Part shown: positions 13,198-28,130 of the stretch, in pieces
How positions within the stretch are numbered: the first letter of the stretch is position 1
Layout: each line of letters starts with the position of its first letter
DNA from: Azolla caroliniana
Taxonomy: Eukaryota > Plantae > Polypodiophyta
Reading direction: 5' to 3'
Length of the DNA: 64,000 bases
NCBI GenBank assembly: GCA_043228905.1
Contig: JBHGNT010000006.1
Location: 20,832,001 to 20,896,000 of the forward strand
The notes under the pieces: model-generated
Seen by the model: only the letters and a program-made list of their open reading frames with translations
Databases searched by the model: none
Told to the model about the DNA's origin: nothing
Position numbers and translations under genes: made by a program

Positions 13198-14691
13198 ATT
13201 GTAACCTAGTTATAGTGGTTGCCTTTTTGTGGCTATGCAAGATTATTGAGTTGTGCCTAACTCTCTCTCTCTCTCTCTCTAACTCACTAGTTGCATTCCT
13301 GTTTTTTTGTCTATGTTGTCATCAATACATTGTGATCTTGTATCTACTTATGATCTTCCACACGAGGAGTGTTGATCTTGTTCCGCATCAGATGACGGCG
13401 CTCCCAACATATGGTATCAGAGCATGGTTTTGTTTGATTATGCCGCCACCATCTATCTAACCTCCATTAGCAACCCTTCTCTTGTACACCTTGAAGCTCT
13501 CGATTGGCAATTCCTCTTGAAATCACATTTGACAAAGAGAGACAACTAAAGGCCATACCCGTGCTCACTCGGTTAGGTGTAAATCAAATAGGTCATCTGA
13601 CGCTATCCCCTCACTTGCCATAACCACTCGAAGCAAACATGACTCCAAGGGCAACCCCAATCTGTGTTTCATTCGACTGAACGACATTTGGGAGGACCAG
13701 TTGGTTCCGTCTCTCTTATCGTTGCAGTTACATGAACCAGGATCGGCCTGGAGAATGGCAACAATATAGATGGCATCAACATCCGGCTCGTCAGAGATGA
13801 GTCTAAGGAAGTTCGACGGATCAAACTTCAACTTCTAGAAGGAGCAGATGCAAGACTATTTAATAGTCAAGGGGCACATTGAGCCCATTGAGAGTGAAGA
13901 TCCTCCAGAAGGATACAAGCTGCTTGAATGGGAAAAGCTCGACAGAGTCGTCTGAGCCACGATTTGGATGCACCTATCGGATTCTATGTACTTCACGGTG
14001 CAATCGTGTTCGACTGCCTTCCAACTATGGAAGACACTTTCAGACACTTATGAAAAGAAGGTCGCCGCCACCAAGATATACCTAATCGGCGCCTTTATAA
14101 CCTTCGGATGAAAGAGTTCGACTCGGTCCAGGCACACCTAAACGAGTACGAAAGCTTAAGCTCCCAAATTGCAGCCCAGGGGACGACTATCGAGGATGAA
14201 CTAAAAGCAATGTTCCTTATGAGTAGTCTCCCTCCTTGGGAAACTTTCGTTACAACCCTGTGCAATGCGTCGACAATTGTCGTCAAGTAATCCTCAGTCA
14301 CGAGTGCAATTTTGACTAAAGTAGATCGGAGAAAATCATTTGCAAACGATTCAGCCAACAACGCCTATGTAGTACAAGGTTCAACCGACCGATCGAACAA
14401 CCGTGGAAGAGGTTCTTCACGGCAGCTGAACAATCAACGAAATCAGAGCAAGTCCCAGGATAATTGAGTATGCAACTATTGCAAGAAACCCAGACACATC
14501 AAAGCCGATTGTCATGCACTCAAGGCCAAAAACGATAAAGCTCAATGAGCCGATCAGAAGAGTGGCCTACACGAGATAAACTACATCGGCTCCACAGCCG
14601 AAGTATTACCAAACGACCCAAACATACTATCAATTGAGAACCCAGTCGAATCAGAAGTTCTGCTTAAGACTGAAGAATCGAGCACATGGCT
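13198..14691 (+). mobile_element. Ty1/copia element D, 5' part: partial LTR (to 13409), iMet PBS 13412-13423, degraded gag from 13770
   Basis: LTR ends CCCAACA; PBS TGGTATCAGAGC; gag MASTSGSSEMSLRKFDGSNF...CNYCKKPRHIKADC. Interrupted at the start of protease (STWL) by element X. Confidence 0.85.
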
Positions 14692-16452
14692 TGTTGATAG
14701 ACAAGCTCAACATTCGATGCGTAATCGGGTGCGTAAAAACCGTGCGCACAATAGGCCGTAGCGGTGCGTAAACCGCGAGGCCATTAGAAAGATATTCCTC
14801 GAAAGGAATAATTTTGGGAGTGAGTGTAGCGGCTCATTTATGAGCATCAAGTACTGTCAGTACTTGTGTCAACCCAATTGTCAGGGTTTGTATATAAGGT
14901 GCTCACTGAGCACGAAGTATGTACGGATTGAGTATTATTTTGAATTTAGTTGCAGTGTCTGCTCTCTGTCTCTGTCTCTCCCTCTCCATCTTCATCTTTG
15001 CGTCTTCTGTGTTTTACCAAACTGTCTTATTCCTTCGAACTATGTACTCGTTGAAGTTGGTCGCTTTCGAAGAAGAAAAGGACAGTACTATGGACAGAAG
15101 AATGGGAAGCTCACTTCCGACTGAAAAACTTGACAGAAGCAACTACGCATCTTGGTCTTACAAGATGCACCTATACATGCTTGTCCATGGCTATTGGAGT
15201 TATGTTGAAGGAGCTAATGATGTAGCACCCGATTTGACACACAGAGATTTTTCGGCTTGGGAACAACCGGCAAGCAGAGTTCTCTACTGCTTTGCATCCT
15301 ATGTGAGCGACCAAATTTTGAGCTATATTCGGGATGCTAAGACGCCAAAGGACGCGTGTGCGAATCTCAAAAAGATCTTCGCCGCAAGCACTACAGCCAG
15401 GAAGCTTCAACTCAGGCAAGAGTTGAGCAATGTACGACAACGAGATATGTCGATGGCTGACTACACCACCAAGATCAGTAAATTTGCAACTCACTCGCCT
15501 CTATCAACGTGAACGTCGAGGAGGACGAGATGGTGCAGGTTTGTCTTGGCGGGTTAGCATCTAAGTTCGGAGCTTTCCGAACGACAATCTGCACGAGGGA
15601 GAATATGCCTTCATTTTTCGAGCTTCAATCAATGTTACTCGTAGAAGAAAACCATGCGGGTGCGTTGACGAGTGAGCATGCCGATGGCAAGATGCTCTAC
15701 ACGGAGGATGATAGGCCCCGTGTTCATGGTGAACGAGGCGGAACGGCGCGCAATGGAGGCGGCCGAAAAGAGAAGAATGGACGGCATAATTGAGATGCCG
15801 GAAGCCATTCCGAACCCTCCGGAAGCAGGGGGAGTCATGGCGGCGTCGGAAGACGGCAAGAGAAGGCCGCGTTGGAATGTTGGTATTGTGGCAAGAAAGG
15901 CCACAAGGAGAGCGAGTGCTAGAAGAAACAAGCTGATGCAGACAAAGCTTGATCGAGCGGAATAGGTGCAGGAAGGCATCAAAAGTCGCACTACGCGGAA
16001 GGCTCAGGACGAGCCGGAGATGGAGTGGGCCCTGCCTTCGTAATGAAGCATAAGGCCAACTCAATGGCCGTGAACACCTCGCAATCACGCGAGGTGTGGT
16101 ATGTCGATTCTGAAGCGTTAAATTATATGACAAGTCACAAGGAATGGTTCTCATACTTGGAGAAGCCAGAATCACGAGGGCTTGTCGAAACGGGAGATGA
16201 CACCCCGCATACCATCGAACATGTCGGTGAAGTTCCCCTCATCCACGTCGGGCAGAAAGGGAAGATTATGAATGTGTTGCACATCCCGACAATAACGAAG
16301 AACTTGGTGTCGGTTGGTCAGATCGTCGACCAAGGTATGCAAGTTCGATTCACGCACTTCGGTTGCTTCATAGAAGAGGAAGGCAAAGTGATTGCACAAG
16401 GGCATCGTGAAGGGAGGATGTTCATCCTCGACACTAATCAAGCCGGAACCGC

Positions 16453-19400
16453 TGTCGAGGTATTCCTCGCGGATGCGTGGAATGAGGCGGGACCTCGGGG
16501 GTCTTGTACCGAAGAGCAAGAGAGAAAGGAGAAGGGAAGGGACCCACTACGTGCGAGCGTAGATCCACACGGACACGACCCTTCGACACAAAGACGCGAG
16601 CGGGAAACTGACATAGAGAGACACGAAGGTGTGTATGTATATATTAACAGAGACAAACAACAAGAAGCACGAAGTCGGTTACAACCAAACAGGCCGGCGA
16701 ACAGATGGCGATGCTTGTTCGTAAACGCTCAGAAAGAAAGGAGTAGGTTGGAGGTGCTACCGGAAGCACTCGGGCATTCCTCAGAGCAGCGCGAGCCTCC
16801 CGAAAACCTGCACAGAAAGAAGCTACGGAGTATGGAAGAGAGAGAAGCCTTCGACTGACAACCCGACAGCACTTCGTCCTCTCTGATTCCGCGCGATCCC
16901 TTCTACCTCCTCGTCTCCCCCCTTTTATAGGCAAGAAAGGAGCCGTTTCCCATTAACTTCCTACCTACCAAATCTACCTACCTAGGATCTTCTATGTACC
17001 TAATTCTCTCTTATGTACTACATAAGACGCACGTGCATGAAGAGCTGGTTCCTACGCTCCGGTGCACCGATTCCGCTTGTGGACGGTTTTCTTCACGACA
17101 TCCGCCCCCACCTAACCACGCATCCACCAGCATGCGCCAATTTGAGTTGGGACGGAGAAAACCGGTCCAGCCTTCATTCCCCGCCCGTCGGTTCTTCCTC
17201 GGTTTCGGATCGTTCGTCGTCCCGGTCCAGGTTAACCGGATCCGGCTCGTCGTCGTGACGCTTCTTGAACGCTTTGATCCGCTTCCCGGCTACCGGTATC
17301 GCCATTCTCGTGCCGTCGAGCTCCGCCAGATGGTACGTCCCGTTGTCGTTGGCGCTTTGTACCACGTAAGGCCCGAACCACCTTCTTGCGAACTTCCGTG
17401 TCGCTCGGTGCTGGTTGTCGAGGCTGCTATCGTAGACTAGCACCCAGTCACCTTCCTCGATCTTCTTTGGTCGGAGCCAGTGCGTTCGGTCGAACCGGGC
17501 TTTGTTCCTCGTCCTTGCTATCCGAAGCTTTCCCGCAGCCTGCTCCACGTCCTCCGGTCTTCGCTCGAGCTGTCGTATGCGCGCCGCCAACAGTTCCTCC
17601 CGGCTCATCTCGTCTTTCCAGTCCACGGTTGCCCATGAGGAGATCGTATGTTCCATCGGCATGATCGGCTTCTGCCCAAACATGAGCTCTGCCGGCATGA
17701 ATCCGGTTACCGAACTGTGTGTAGTTCGGTCCGCCCACAACGCGTAAGGCAACAACCGCGGCCAATTCCCGACTTGACCTCCGCATGCCCGAACTAACGC
17801 CTTGACGATCGGTCCGTGTCCGCGCTCCACCTTCCCATTCGCCTCCGGATTGTACGCAGTGGTAAGTGAGAGCTTGACTCCTAGCCGGTCGAACAGCTCC
17901 TCGGCCTCTTCGGCGTCCAACTCCCCGCGATCAGCCATGATCTTCCTGACACACCCGTACCGGCATATCACGTCCTCGATCAGGAACCGACATACGGCCG
18001 CGGTCGTTTTGTTCTGAAGGGCTCGGCCTTCCACCTGGTTCGTCAGATCTTCCCGAGCCAGGACCAAATACCGCATCTGTCCTACTCCCATCGGCATCGT
18101 CACCAGATCTACCATCCATTTGAAGTGGATGGTCGGAGGGTACGTAGGGTGAAGCTCATCCCGATGTCGGACTATGGAGTGCATCTGACAGCTCTCGCAA
18201 GTTGTCACGAACCGATGCACGTCCCGGTACAGTCTCGGCCACCAGTACTTCCCCTTTATCGTCTCGAACGTGGCCCACGTTCCACGGTGTCCAGCCCAAG
18301 GGCTGTCGTGGTAGGCTGTCAGCAGCTCCTCCTGTTCTTCCTTCATCGCCACCACCCGGAGCGGGACGCCGTTCCTCTTCTTCGGGTGCTTCCATAAGTA
18401 TCTGTCCCGTAGAAAGAATCGGTATGGTTTCTTCCGGATCCGGTTAGCCTCGTCCCTTGTCCACGACGCATCCGGCGTCATTGTCCTCAAGAAACCACCA
18501 ATCTGCAGCCACTCGCCGTCGTACTTGCTCTCGTCGAAGCCGTTAAGCGCCGGAGTGCTCGTCCCATCGGTCTTCATGTACGCTGCTTCGAAGAAGTCCA
18601 CGCCGACTTCTTCGTCCTCCGAAACCATGCCGCCCTCGTCATCAAACCTCGCCCTCGAAAGCATGTCGGCCATGGCATTGTCCTTTCCGGAAATGTGTCG
18701 TATTTCCGGGTCCAAGGACTTGATGTACGCTATCCACCTGAGCATTGGCAGGTCCGGTGTCGCGCATCCGGAAACCATGCCGAGAATCGGCAGGCAATCC
18801 GTCTCGATAATCACTTCTGTCCCGATCAGGTAGTCTTTGTCGGCCTTTACCGCCGAAACGATACTCCAGAGTTCGCGTTTAACCTGGGCGTACCCTCGCT
18901 GTCGCTCATGAGAACCTTTGCGCCGAATCGGATCGGGAACCGAATGCCATCCTCGTCTTCTTGGTTGACGACCCATCCGATCTCGGTCGGACTCTTATCC
19001 ACCGTTATGTATACCGGGGTACCCTTCTCGTAGACAACCTTCCGGAGCGCCGGTGCTACCGCGAGAGCTTCCTTCAGCTTCCGGACCGACTCCGTGTGCT
19101 TGTCTCGCCACTCGAATTTTCGCCCCTTTTTCAGCAACCCGTATAGCGGCTCCACAACGTGGGCGTAATGCGGGATCCATATGTGGTAGAACGCGCATGG
19201 CCCCAGGATCCTCCGAACTTCCGTAACCGAGCTACAGTCGGTCTTCATCGCGGAGATGGCTTCTACCTTTGTCGGAGACGGCTTCCGGCCATATGGTCCA
19301 CATAGGTGTCCGACCACCAGGATTTCTGATTGCCTGAAGGCCGATTTCTCCCCGAAGAAGGTGAGCCTCGCATCCTCCTGCCTTTGTAGCACCCTCTCGC

Positions 19401-21536
19401 AGTTGTCGATGTGTGTTGCCACGAATCGCCGGCATCCGTCCGGCCCGAGTGTCTCGTCCTTCTCTTCCACCGGGCACCCCTTTATCGGGATGTCGTCTAG
19501 AAACGGCATGGTGATGTCCGGGATGCAATCCCTCAGTACCTTGTTCATTGCATTCACCATGTGGGCCACCGAGTTCGTCCCTCCTTGTGGCAAGGTGCAC
19601 ATTCGCACTAGGCCGAGGGGAGTTCGCATCGTCGTAATGTCTCTGCTCTCCATGGCCAGGTGGAACTGGTCGTACCCCGAGTACAGATCTCTGACTGAAT
19701 AAATCGACCTTCCGGCGAAGGCCTCCGCGAACTCGTCTATGGTCGGTCCGATTCCTGCGTTCCGAATGGTCACTCTGTTGACCGGCTGCAGGTCTTGAAT
19801 GAAGCGCAATGTTCCGTTTTTCTTTGGTACGGTAAACCATCGGTTCGAGTATGGGGCACTCGACGGTTCGAGAATGCCCATATCGACTTTCTGCCTCAAT
19901 AGCTCCATCAACTTCGGGATGTGAGCTTTCGGTACTAGAATCGGCTTGGGATTCCACGGCACATGCGGTACCGTGAATATCACCATCGGCTCCACGATTG
20001 TCGGGTCTACGCACCCGATCTCTTCCGGTGAGAATGCGAAGGCTTTCCCGTGCCTTCCGAGCATTCTCCGAAACCAGTCTTCCTCTGCCGGCAGTAGTGG
20101 ATGGCTTCCACGTGTCAGGCCGCTGCCTCTTCCATCAGCCTCTTCATACCTCCTCGCCCGTCGTTCCGGTTTAGGGCCCTTCTGGTATCGCCGGCGTGCA
20201 CCCGGCCTTCCCATAGGTACACCACCCGGTTCCTCAACGCCTCTGCGAAATCGCCGCAGTCCTTCCGGATGTGGCCGACCTCGTCGCACCACATGCACCT
20301 GTTCCCTGCTGCCGGCCGTCGGTCACGAGCCAGTTCGCCACCTTCCCTTCGAGTCTGGGCGATCTGGAGATCCTTTATTGCCCGCGTCAACTCCTCCAGC
20401 GCTGCTCCTCCAGTCGAGCCATTGACCACGCCGGTCGAAGCCGAACCGGTTTCGAGCCACTCCCGGGCCTCTTCCCTTCGCCCTTGCGGTGCCGGTTCAA
20501 GCCTCCTTGCTGTGACAGAGCCCGCACCGGCCGCCCCGTCATCAGCCCATTCTCGCCGTTTGTCGAAACGGCCACAGACTCTCTTAACCGCAGCCCAGTC
20601 GGTCGTCAGCCCGTCCTCGGTTTCCAGCAAGGAGCCGACTTGATCCCGGTCCCGCTCGTCCACCGACTTGACGAACAATAGGACCCGGCTCGTATCCAGA
20701 ATGGTTCGGTCAAGCGCCGAAAGGCGCGCAAAGCGTTCCTCAAACTCCCGGAGGAGTGCCGACGCGTTTCTTCCCTTGTCAGGGGACTCCACCCACTCCA
20801 TGAAGTCTCGTTTCGAAAGCCGGAGCGCGTCGTCCAGCCCGTATTTTTCTAGGAGTCGACCTTCGAACTCCTCCCAGGTACGGCTCTCTGCCCGCACCTC
20901 GAGCACCTCCGTATGGATGCTCGGCATCGCCACTCGAGGGAACCCGGCAAGACGCCTCTCTTCCGGAATGTCCCGCATCAGCATTTCCGTCCCGTAGGAC
21001 GCCAAATACTTCGTGGCATCCTTTCCGCTGAACCGGCCGATCGTACCGACGACCGCCTCAATGGCTCTGTCGACGGCGCCGGTGCCCTCGCGTGCGCTCA
21101 ATATCCGATCCACGGCCGAAGCCATGGCCTCCACAAGATCCGACCCCTTCATCTTCTGCTCTTCTGCCGCCTCCTTCACGTCGGGTTCACCAAGATGTCG
21201 AGGTATTCCTCGCGGATGCGTGGAATGAGGCGGGACCTCGGGGGTCTTGTACCGAAGAGCATGTTGAGAACTCGACGTTCCTTATGTCCGACCCTCGGCC
21301 ACAACCGAGATTCTTTACATACACAGAAAAACAGGTAATGAAACGCGACACAAAAGAGGAGAAATGGTACACATGAGGTGTACGTGGAAAACCCCAAAAT
21401 GGGGAAAAACCACGGCAGCCCACAAGCTGCAAACTGTCACTATGTAGAAATATACAACAGTGAGATCACTGAGGCAACGACCTCGTGCTCTCAGATCTTC
21501 GCCACAGGCGGCGGTTACAACAGAGGCAATGACCTC

Positions 21537-21587
<51 letters not shown>

Positions 21588-22590
21588 CAGTTACGCGCTC
21601 TGATTTCTTCTTGCACCAACAAGAAAGAAAAATAACAAGAATGACAAAAAACGACTTCCTAAAATATTGCCCTAAGTCATATTTATACTAATATGACTTT
21701 TCGGCTATTTACAAATGTAACCTCGATGGGCTCCATCCGGCTCTCCGCAGTCGGGTACTCTTCATCCGGCTCTCCGCAGTCGGGTACTCCTCATCCGGTT
21801 CATACCGGGCCTACACCATCCGACTCTCCGCAGTCGGGTACTCCTCATCCGGTTCATACCGGGCCTACACCATCCGACTCTCCGCAGTCGGGTACTCCTC
21901 ATCCGGTTCATACCGTTTCAGCCTCGGCCTATCGGCCTCGGCCGAGTTTGTTCGTCGGCACTGGTCTTCTCACTTCCCATCCGGAGGGACCTGTCTACCA
22001 ACAGAGCAAGAGAGAAAGGAGAAGGGAAGGGACCCACTACGTGCGAGCGTAGATCCACAGGGACACGACCCTTCGACACAAAGATGCGAGCGGGAAACCG
22101 ACATAGAGAGACACGAAGGTGTGTATGTATATATTAACAGAGACAAACAACAAGAAGCACGAAGTCGGTTACAAACGAACAGGCCGGCGAACAGATGGCG
22201 ATGCCTGTTCGTAAACGCTCAGAAAGAAAGGCGTAGGTTGGAGGTGCTGCCAGAAGCACTCAGGCATTCCTCAGAGCAGCGCGAGCCTCCCGAAAACCTG
22301 CACAGAAAGAAGCTCCGGAGTATGGAAGAGAGAGAAGCCTTCGACCGACAACCCGACAGCACTTCGTCCTCTCTTATTCCGCGCGATCCCTTCTACCTCC
22401 TCGTCTCCCCCCTTTTATAGGCAAGAAAGGAGTCGTTTCCCATTAACTTCCTACCTACCGAATCTACCTACCTAGGATCTTCTATGTACCTAATTCTCTC
22501 TTATGTACTACATAAGACGCACGTGCATGAAGAGCCGGTTCCTACGCTCCGGTGCACCGATTCCGCTTGTGGATGGTTTTCTTCACGACA
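16453..22590 (-). mobile_element. Ty3/gypsy element A1 (tRNA-Trp PBS, 4-bp TSD CCGC) with an internal deletion
   Basis: LTRs 16453-17100 and 21196-22590 (TGTCG..CGACA); PBS 21175-21192; gag 20115-21179; RT FLDDIPIKG; RNase H and integrase 17174-18976. The host reading GTALYAKGQK is restored on removal. Confidence 0.95.
21262..22003 (-). mobile_element. Solo LTR (family E) inserted in the 5' LTR of A1
   Basis: TGTTG..CAACA ends; TSD GAGCA at 21257-21261 and 22004-22008; internal ~54-bp tandem repeats at 21733-21914. Strand is inferred. Confidence 0.9.
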
Positions 22591-24559
22591 CCGCGTTGTA
22601 CGCGAAAGGACAAAAGGTCGAATTGGATATCGACCTCTAGCACAAGCAGTTCAGCCACATAAATTTCACACAGCTTCGTGAAATGCAGACGAAGAACATT
22701 GTATTTGGATTGCCGAACATTCGGGGCCATAATGCCCAAGTCTGCGAAGCTTGTCAGATGGGAAAACAGCACCGACTTCCATTCCCCAATGAGCGTAATC
22801 GTAGTCAATGTCCACTGGATTTGATCCATTCGGATGTGTGGGGTCCAGCATAGAATGTGGGTCTCAGTGGAAGCCGTTACTTTGTAACCTTCATCGATAA
22901 CTTCACTCGGCACACGTGGGCATGCATGATTGAGAGGAAGAGCGAAGTCTTCGCATGTTTCCTGAAGGTGAAGAGCCTTGCGGAAAGGGAAACGGGGCGT
23001 AAGATCAAATGCCTACGGTCCGATGGCGGGAAGGGGTACTTCTCCGACCAGTTCACATGTTATCTATGGAAGGAGGGAATTCGACGCGAATTCTCATGTA
23101 GATACACGCCGCAGCAGAACGGCGTGGCCGAGCAGAAGAATCGGAGGATTGAAGAAGCGGCCAGGGCAATGCTTGAAGAGAAACATATGCCGAAATTCTA
23201 TTGGGCTAAAGCCGTGAAGACGGCTATCTACCTGCAGGATCAGACTTTTGCTAATGGAGGAGTGTCGCCACATGAGTTGTATTTCGGAAAGAAGTCGAAC
23301 TTGGCACACTTGAGGATTTTCGGCAGCATTACGTACGTGCACGTGCCGAAGGAGAAAAGGAGGAAGCTGGATGCCAAGGCCGAGAAATGTATCTTGGTCA
23401 GCTATTTAGATGAGCAAAAAGGGTATAAATGGTATATAACCCTCGAACAAAGGAAGTACGTGTAAGCCGCGACGTCGTGTTCGACGAGTCTACTTCGTGG
23501 TACTTGCCTTCTCCTCCAATACCTCACGACTCCATTCCGATTTCTAAAGACGAAGTTAGCGAGGCTGAGATGCCTCCGTATGATGAGGATATCGAAGTTC
23601 TGAGAGAGAGTCTGATCTCATTCCGATTGAGTGGGCCTAATGATGGGTTGGGCCGTGATGGCCAACCAGATGACGAAACGGCGAGCAGTGGAGACTCAGC
23701 CGTGATGTCCCCGCGTAAAGAACCGAGGAGACGGTTTACGCGTAAAGAGAAAGGCAAGAAGAAAATGTCGGAATACGACTTCAGTAGTGCAGAGTCAGAT
23801 CGGAGCAAGTCTAACTACGAGCAAACTAGAAAGGAACCTCCACGCAAGAGGTCGACAGTAGCCGAAAAGGTTGCGAAATCGGGTAATCACGAATTATGCC
23901 GATCTACCCACCTGAAGAACCCCGTAAAGAAATACGGGTATAATGAATACATGGCGCACCATTATGCGTATATGACGCGAGTGGCGGAAGTGCGTCGGCC
24001 GGAGAGCTACGCAGAAGCGGCAAGAGACGCAAATTAGCGTGCCGCGATGGAGGAAGAGATGTGCGCCTTAACGTAGAACGAGACATGGGACCTGGTTGAC
24101 ACACCGAAGGGTGTGAAGCCGATCGGATGTCGATGGGTGTATAAAGTGAAATACAATACCAACGGCTCCGTCAATCGATACAAGGCCCGCTTAGTAGCGA
24201 AAGGCTACGCGCAACAACACAGCATCGATTACGATGAGACCTTCACGCCTGTCGCGAAGATGACCACCGTCCGTGTTCTGCTAGCCGTAGTTGCGGCAAA
24301 GGGGTGGCACTTACATCAAATGGATGTAAAGAACGCGTTCCTGCAAGGCCCGGGGGCTTGACTGTCAAAACTTGTATGGTAGCACGTGAGTTCATCAAGA
24401 GGGGTTTAAATTAATCAATGAGATACAGAATATATATATATATATAAGGGTATTAATAAGGATTTGAAAATATATTTACATAAGGGTATTATCAATTATG
24501 CTAGAAAAAAAAATTACATAAGCCCGTGAAATATTTGATATTTCAATGAGATAGTAAAG

Positions 24560-27119
24560 AATGTATTATGTAAACAATACTCAAATTTGGAGTAGCATAT
24601 ATACATACATAAATACATACACATGCATGCATCCATATATACCTACATTCAAACATTACATCCATGAATATGTATATACGTACATTACACCCATTTATAC
24701 ATGCATATTGACTAAACATAAATATATGTACAAATATATATGACCATATGTAAATATGTACATACACGTACATACATGCATTACATACTACATACATCTT
24801 AGAATCGGCCATATATATTGACATACATATATACATAATACATACATAAAAATTACATATTATATATATATATATATACACGTTTTTACAATTTACAAAG
24901 ATATTTTATATATTACATATTACACACATATATTATTATACGCACAATTTTATGCAAATGCAAATATACAAACCAAACAGAAAAAAATAAATTACATATT
25001 ATATATATACATTCCATACATACAATACAATACAATATGTACATACATACACACACAAACATAACACACATCACATATGAATACCACATACATGCATATA
25101 TACCTACATTCATATATCACAACACATCACACATGCATATATACCTACATTCAAACATTACATCCATGAATATGTATATACATATATTACACCCATTTAT
25201 ACGTGCATATTGACTAAACATAAATATATGTACAAATATATATTACCATATGTAAATATGTACATACACATACATACATGCATTACATACTACATACATA
25301 TTAGAATCAACCATATATATTGAAAGAAAGAAAGAAATATATATTAACGTCTTCTAAGACCAAATTTGACCCATGAGACAATTGGTTTACAACAAAATTG
25401 GGGTATTTACCCATTCATTGAAAGTAAAAACATACATATGTATTATGTATATATGTATGTATTGACATACATATATACATAATACATGCAATAAAATTAC
25501 ATATTACATATATACATACACAAATGCATATATACATACAAAACACAAAAATTAAATTACATATTATATATTATATATGTACACATCACATACATATTAA
25601 TACCTAAGATTACATATTATATGTATACAAATCTTAATATTTACAATTTACAAACAAGTTACATATATTACATATATGTATATTATGTATATACACGTGC
25701 ACACACACATAAATAATTTAGATATTACATAGCATATAATCCATACCTATTACACAATATACAAATTTACACATACATAAATTACATATATACATACATA
25801 TATTCCACATATGTACATACATATTCCACATATCACCATATATATAGATTATATTGGACCATACAAACCACAATACTTACATACACACACAAACACACTA
25901 GATATATGTATATTTACACATACATTGGATATATACATGCATATTACAAACATACATCCATATATGAGCCATATACATACTAAACATGAAAATATCCCAA
26001 AAATATACATACATAAATACATTACATATATACACATTCATACATTTACATACATATGACCACATACACACATACACATACATACATTGGATATATACAT
26101 ACATATTATACACATATTACAAACACATTCATACTCATTGAATGATGTATATTGATATATACATATATGCATACACATACATATATTACATATGTACATA
26201 CATGTTCCACATATCACCATATATATATGTACATATGCCTGCAATGTTATAAGTTTTACAAATAGACATCCATACACATAAATACATTACATACACATGG
26301 ATACATACATTACATATGTACATATATATCATCACCAACTACAATAAATACATATATACATACACATAAATAAATATTACNNNNNNNNNNNNNNNNNNNN
26401 NNNNNNNNNNNNNNNNNNNNNNNNNNNNNNNNNNNNNNNNNNNNNNNNNNNNNNNNNNNNNNNNNNNNNNNNNNNNNNNNACATAAAACATTTACAGGTA
26501 TGTAAAAGAAATACACACACGGACACAACACATACATACATATGCACATATATAGAATATATACTCCCACACCCATACATATATACACATGCAATGCAAT
26601 ACATACATATGCACATATATAGAACACACACACAACACATTCATACAAACACATGCAATATAATACATACATATGCACATGTATAGAACATATACTCACT
26701 CACTCACTCACACACACACACACACATATACATATATACACATGCAATACAATACATACATATGCACATATATATAACACACACAAACAACACATACATA
26801 CACACATGCAATACAATACATACATATGCACATGTATAGAACATATACTCTCTCTCTCACACACACACACATAACACATACACATATACATATACACACA
26901 TTCAATACAATACATACATACACACATTCCATACATACAATACATACATATGCACGTATATATAACACACACAAACAACACATACATACACACACATGCA
27001 ATACAATACATGCATATGCACATGTATAGAGCATATACTCACACACACATCTAACACATACATACATGCATACACACATTCCATACATACAATACAATAC
27101 AATACATACATATGCACAT

Positions 27120-27160
<41 letters not shown>

Positions 27161-27520
27161 CTAACACATACATACATGCATACACACATTCCATACATAC
27201 AATATAATACATACATATGCACATGTATATAACATTCACACACACATTCCATACATACAATACAATACATACGTATGCACATGTATAGAACATTCACACA
27301 CACATTCCATACATACACTACAATACATACATATGCACATGTATAGAACATTCACAAACACACACACATTACATACATACAACACATGCATTACAATACA
27401 ATATGTAAATACATACACATGCAATTCAATGAATACAATACAATATGTACACACATACATACATAACATGGAATACAATACAATACATACATATGCGTGT
27501 GCGCACACACACACACACAC
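24560..27520. repeat. Long degenerate AC/AT low-complexity tract with internal duplications
   Basis: ATACACATAC-type sequence; ~185-bp duplication at ~24635-24820 and ~25137-25320. The ORFs here are compositional artefacts. Confidence 0.9.
26381..26480. other. Assembly gap (100 N)
   Basis: Run of 100 n; true length unknown. Confidence 0.99.
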
Positions 27521-27524
27521 ATGT

Positions 27525-28130
27525 GTGCTTGCAAATGTTGATTGCAAGGTTAAAATATGTGATTTCGGATTGACAAGAGTTGTATTTCATGACAGCCCAA
27601 CGACTATATTCTAGACAGTATAGTAATCTATTTAAATATGCACATTTCATGTTCTTAACACACAGTTTGCAATCTTTAGGTGCCGAGAGATAATTAACTT
27701 ATTATTTTGCAAAGAAGGTACACTCTCATTGAACTTGTTTCATCTTTGATGAATATGAAAGTAGAGGTTGTGCTCGTATTTATTCTAGTTTGAGTCCAAG
27801 AAGAGATTGCTAAAAGTTTTACTAGTTTTTGTGAAGGCCTTAGTAAATCATTACTTCAAGGGCTTAGCTAAGGTAACCCATCAGTAAGTTGGAGTTTGAA
27901 TTCGAGAGGAGAAGAGTTTCAAAAAAGGATGTAAGGGAACTCATATATCGAGAGGTAATATAAACTTTGGTTTAGTGTATAATTTCATAATTATAATGGT
28001 ATTGATTGAGCCTTCTCTAATTTTTATGAAGATTCTTTTTTTATTGCCATTATTAGATCCTCGAGTATCATCTACGTATGCTCAAGGATTGTTTGAGTGG
28101 AGGGGATAGGCCCAACTTTTTGTATCCCAG
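27525..28130 (+). pseudogene. Intron-containing fragments of a plant group-D (TDY-type) MAP kinase
   Basis: 27525-27617 VLANVDCKVKICDFGLTRVVFHDSPTTIF*T|GT; ~27834-27954 ALVNHYFKGLAKV / PISKLEFEFERRRVSKKDVRELIYRE|GT; 28057-28130 AG|ILEYHLRMLKDCLSGGDRPNFLYP-S|GT. These match recalled MPK8/9/16-type motifs and exon borders. Confidence 0.9.

Noticed and set aside
21175-21192. tRNA-Trp-like sequence as a tRNA gene
   Set aside because: Only the 3' 18 nt including CCA are present, next to an LTR, so it is a primer-binding site.
24543-27547. Many Cys/Val/Tyr- or His/Thr-rich ORFs
   Set aside because: Translations of AC/AT low-complexity DNA.
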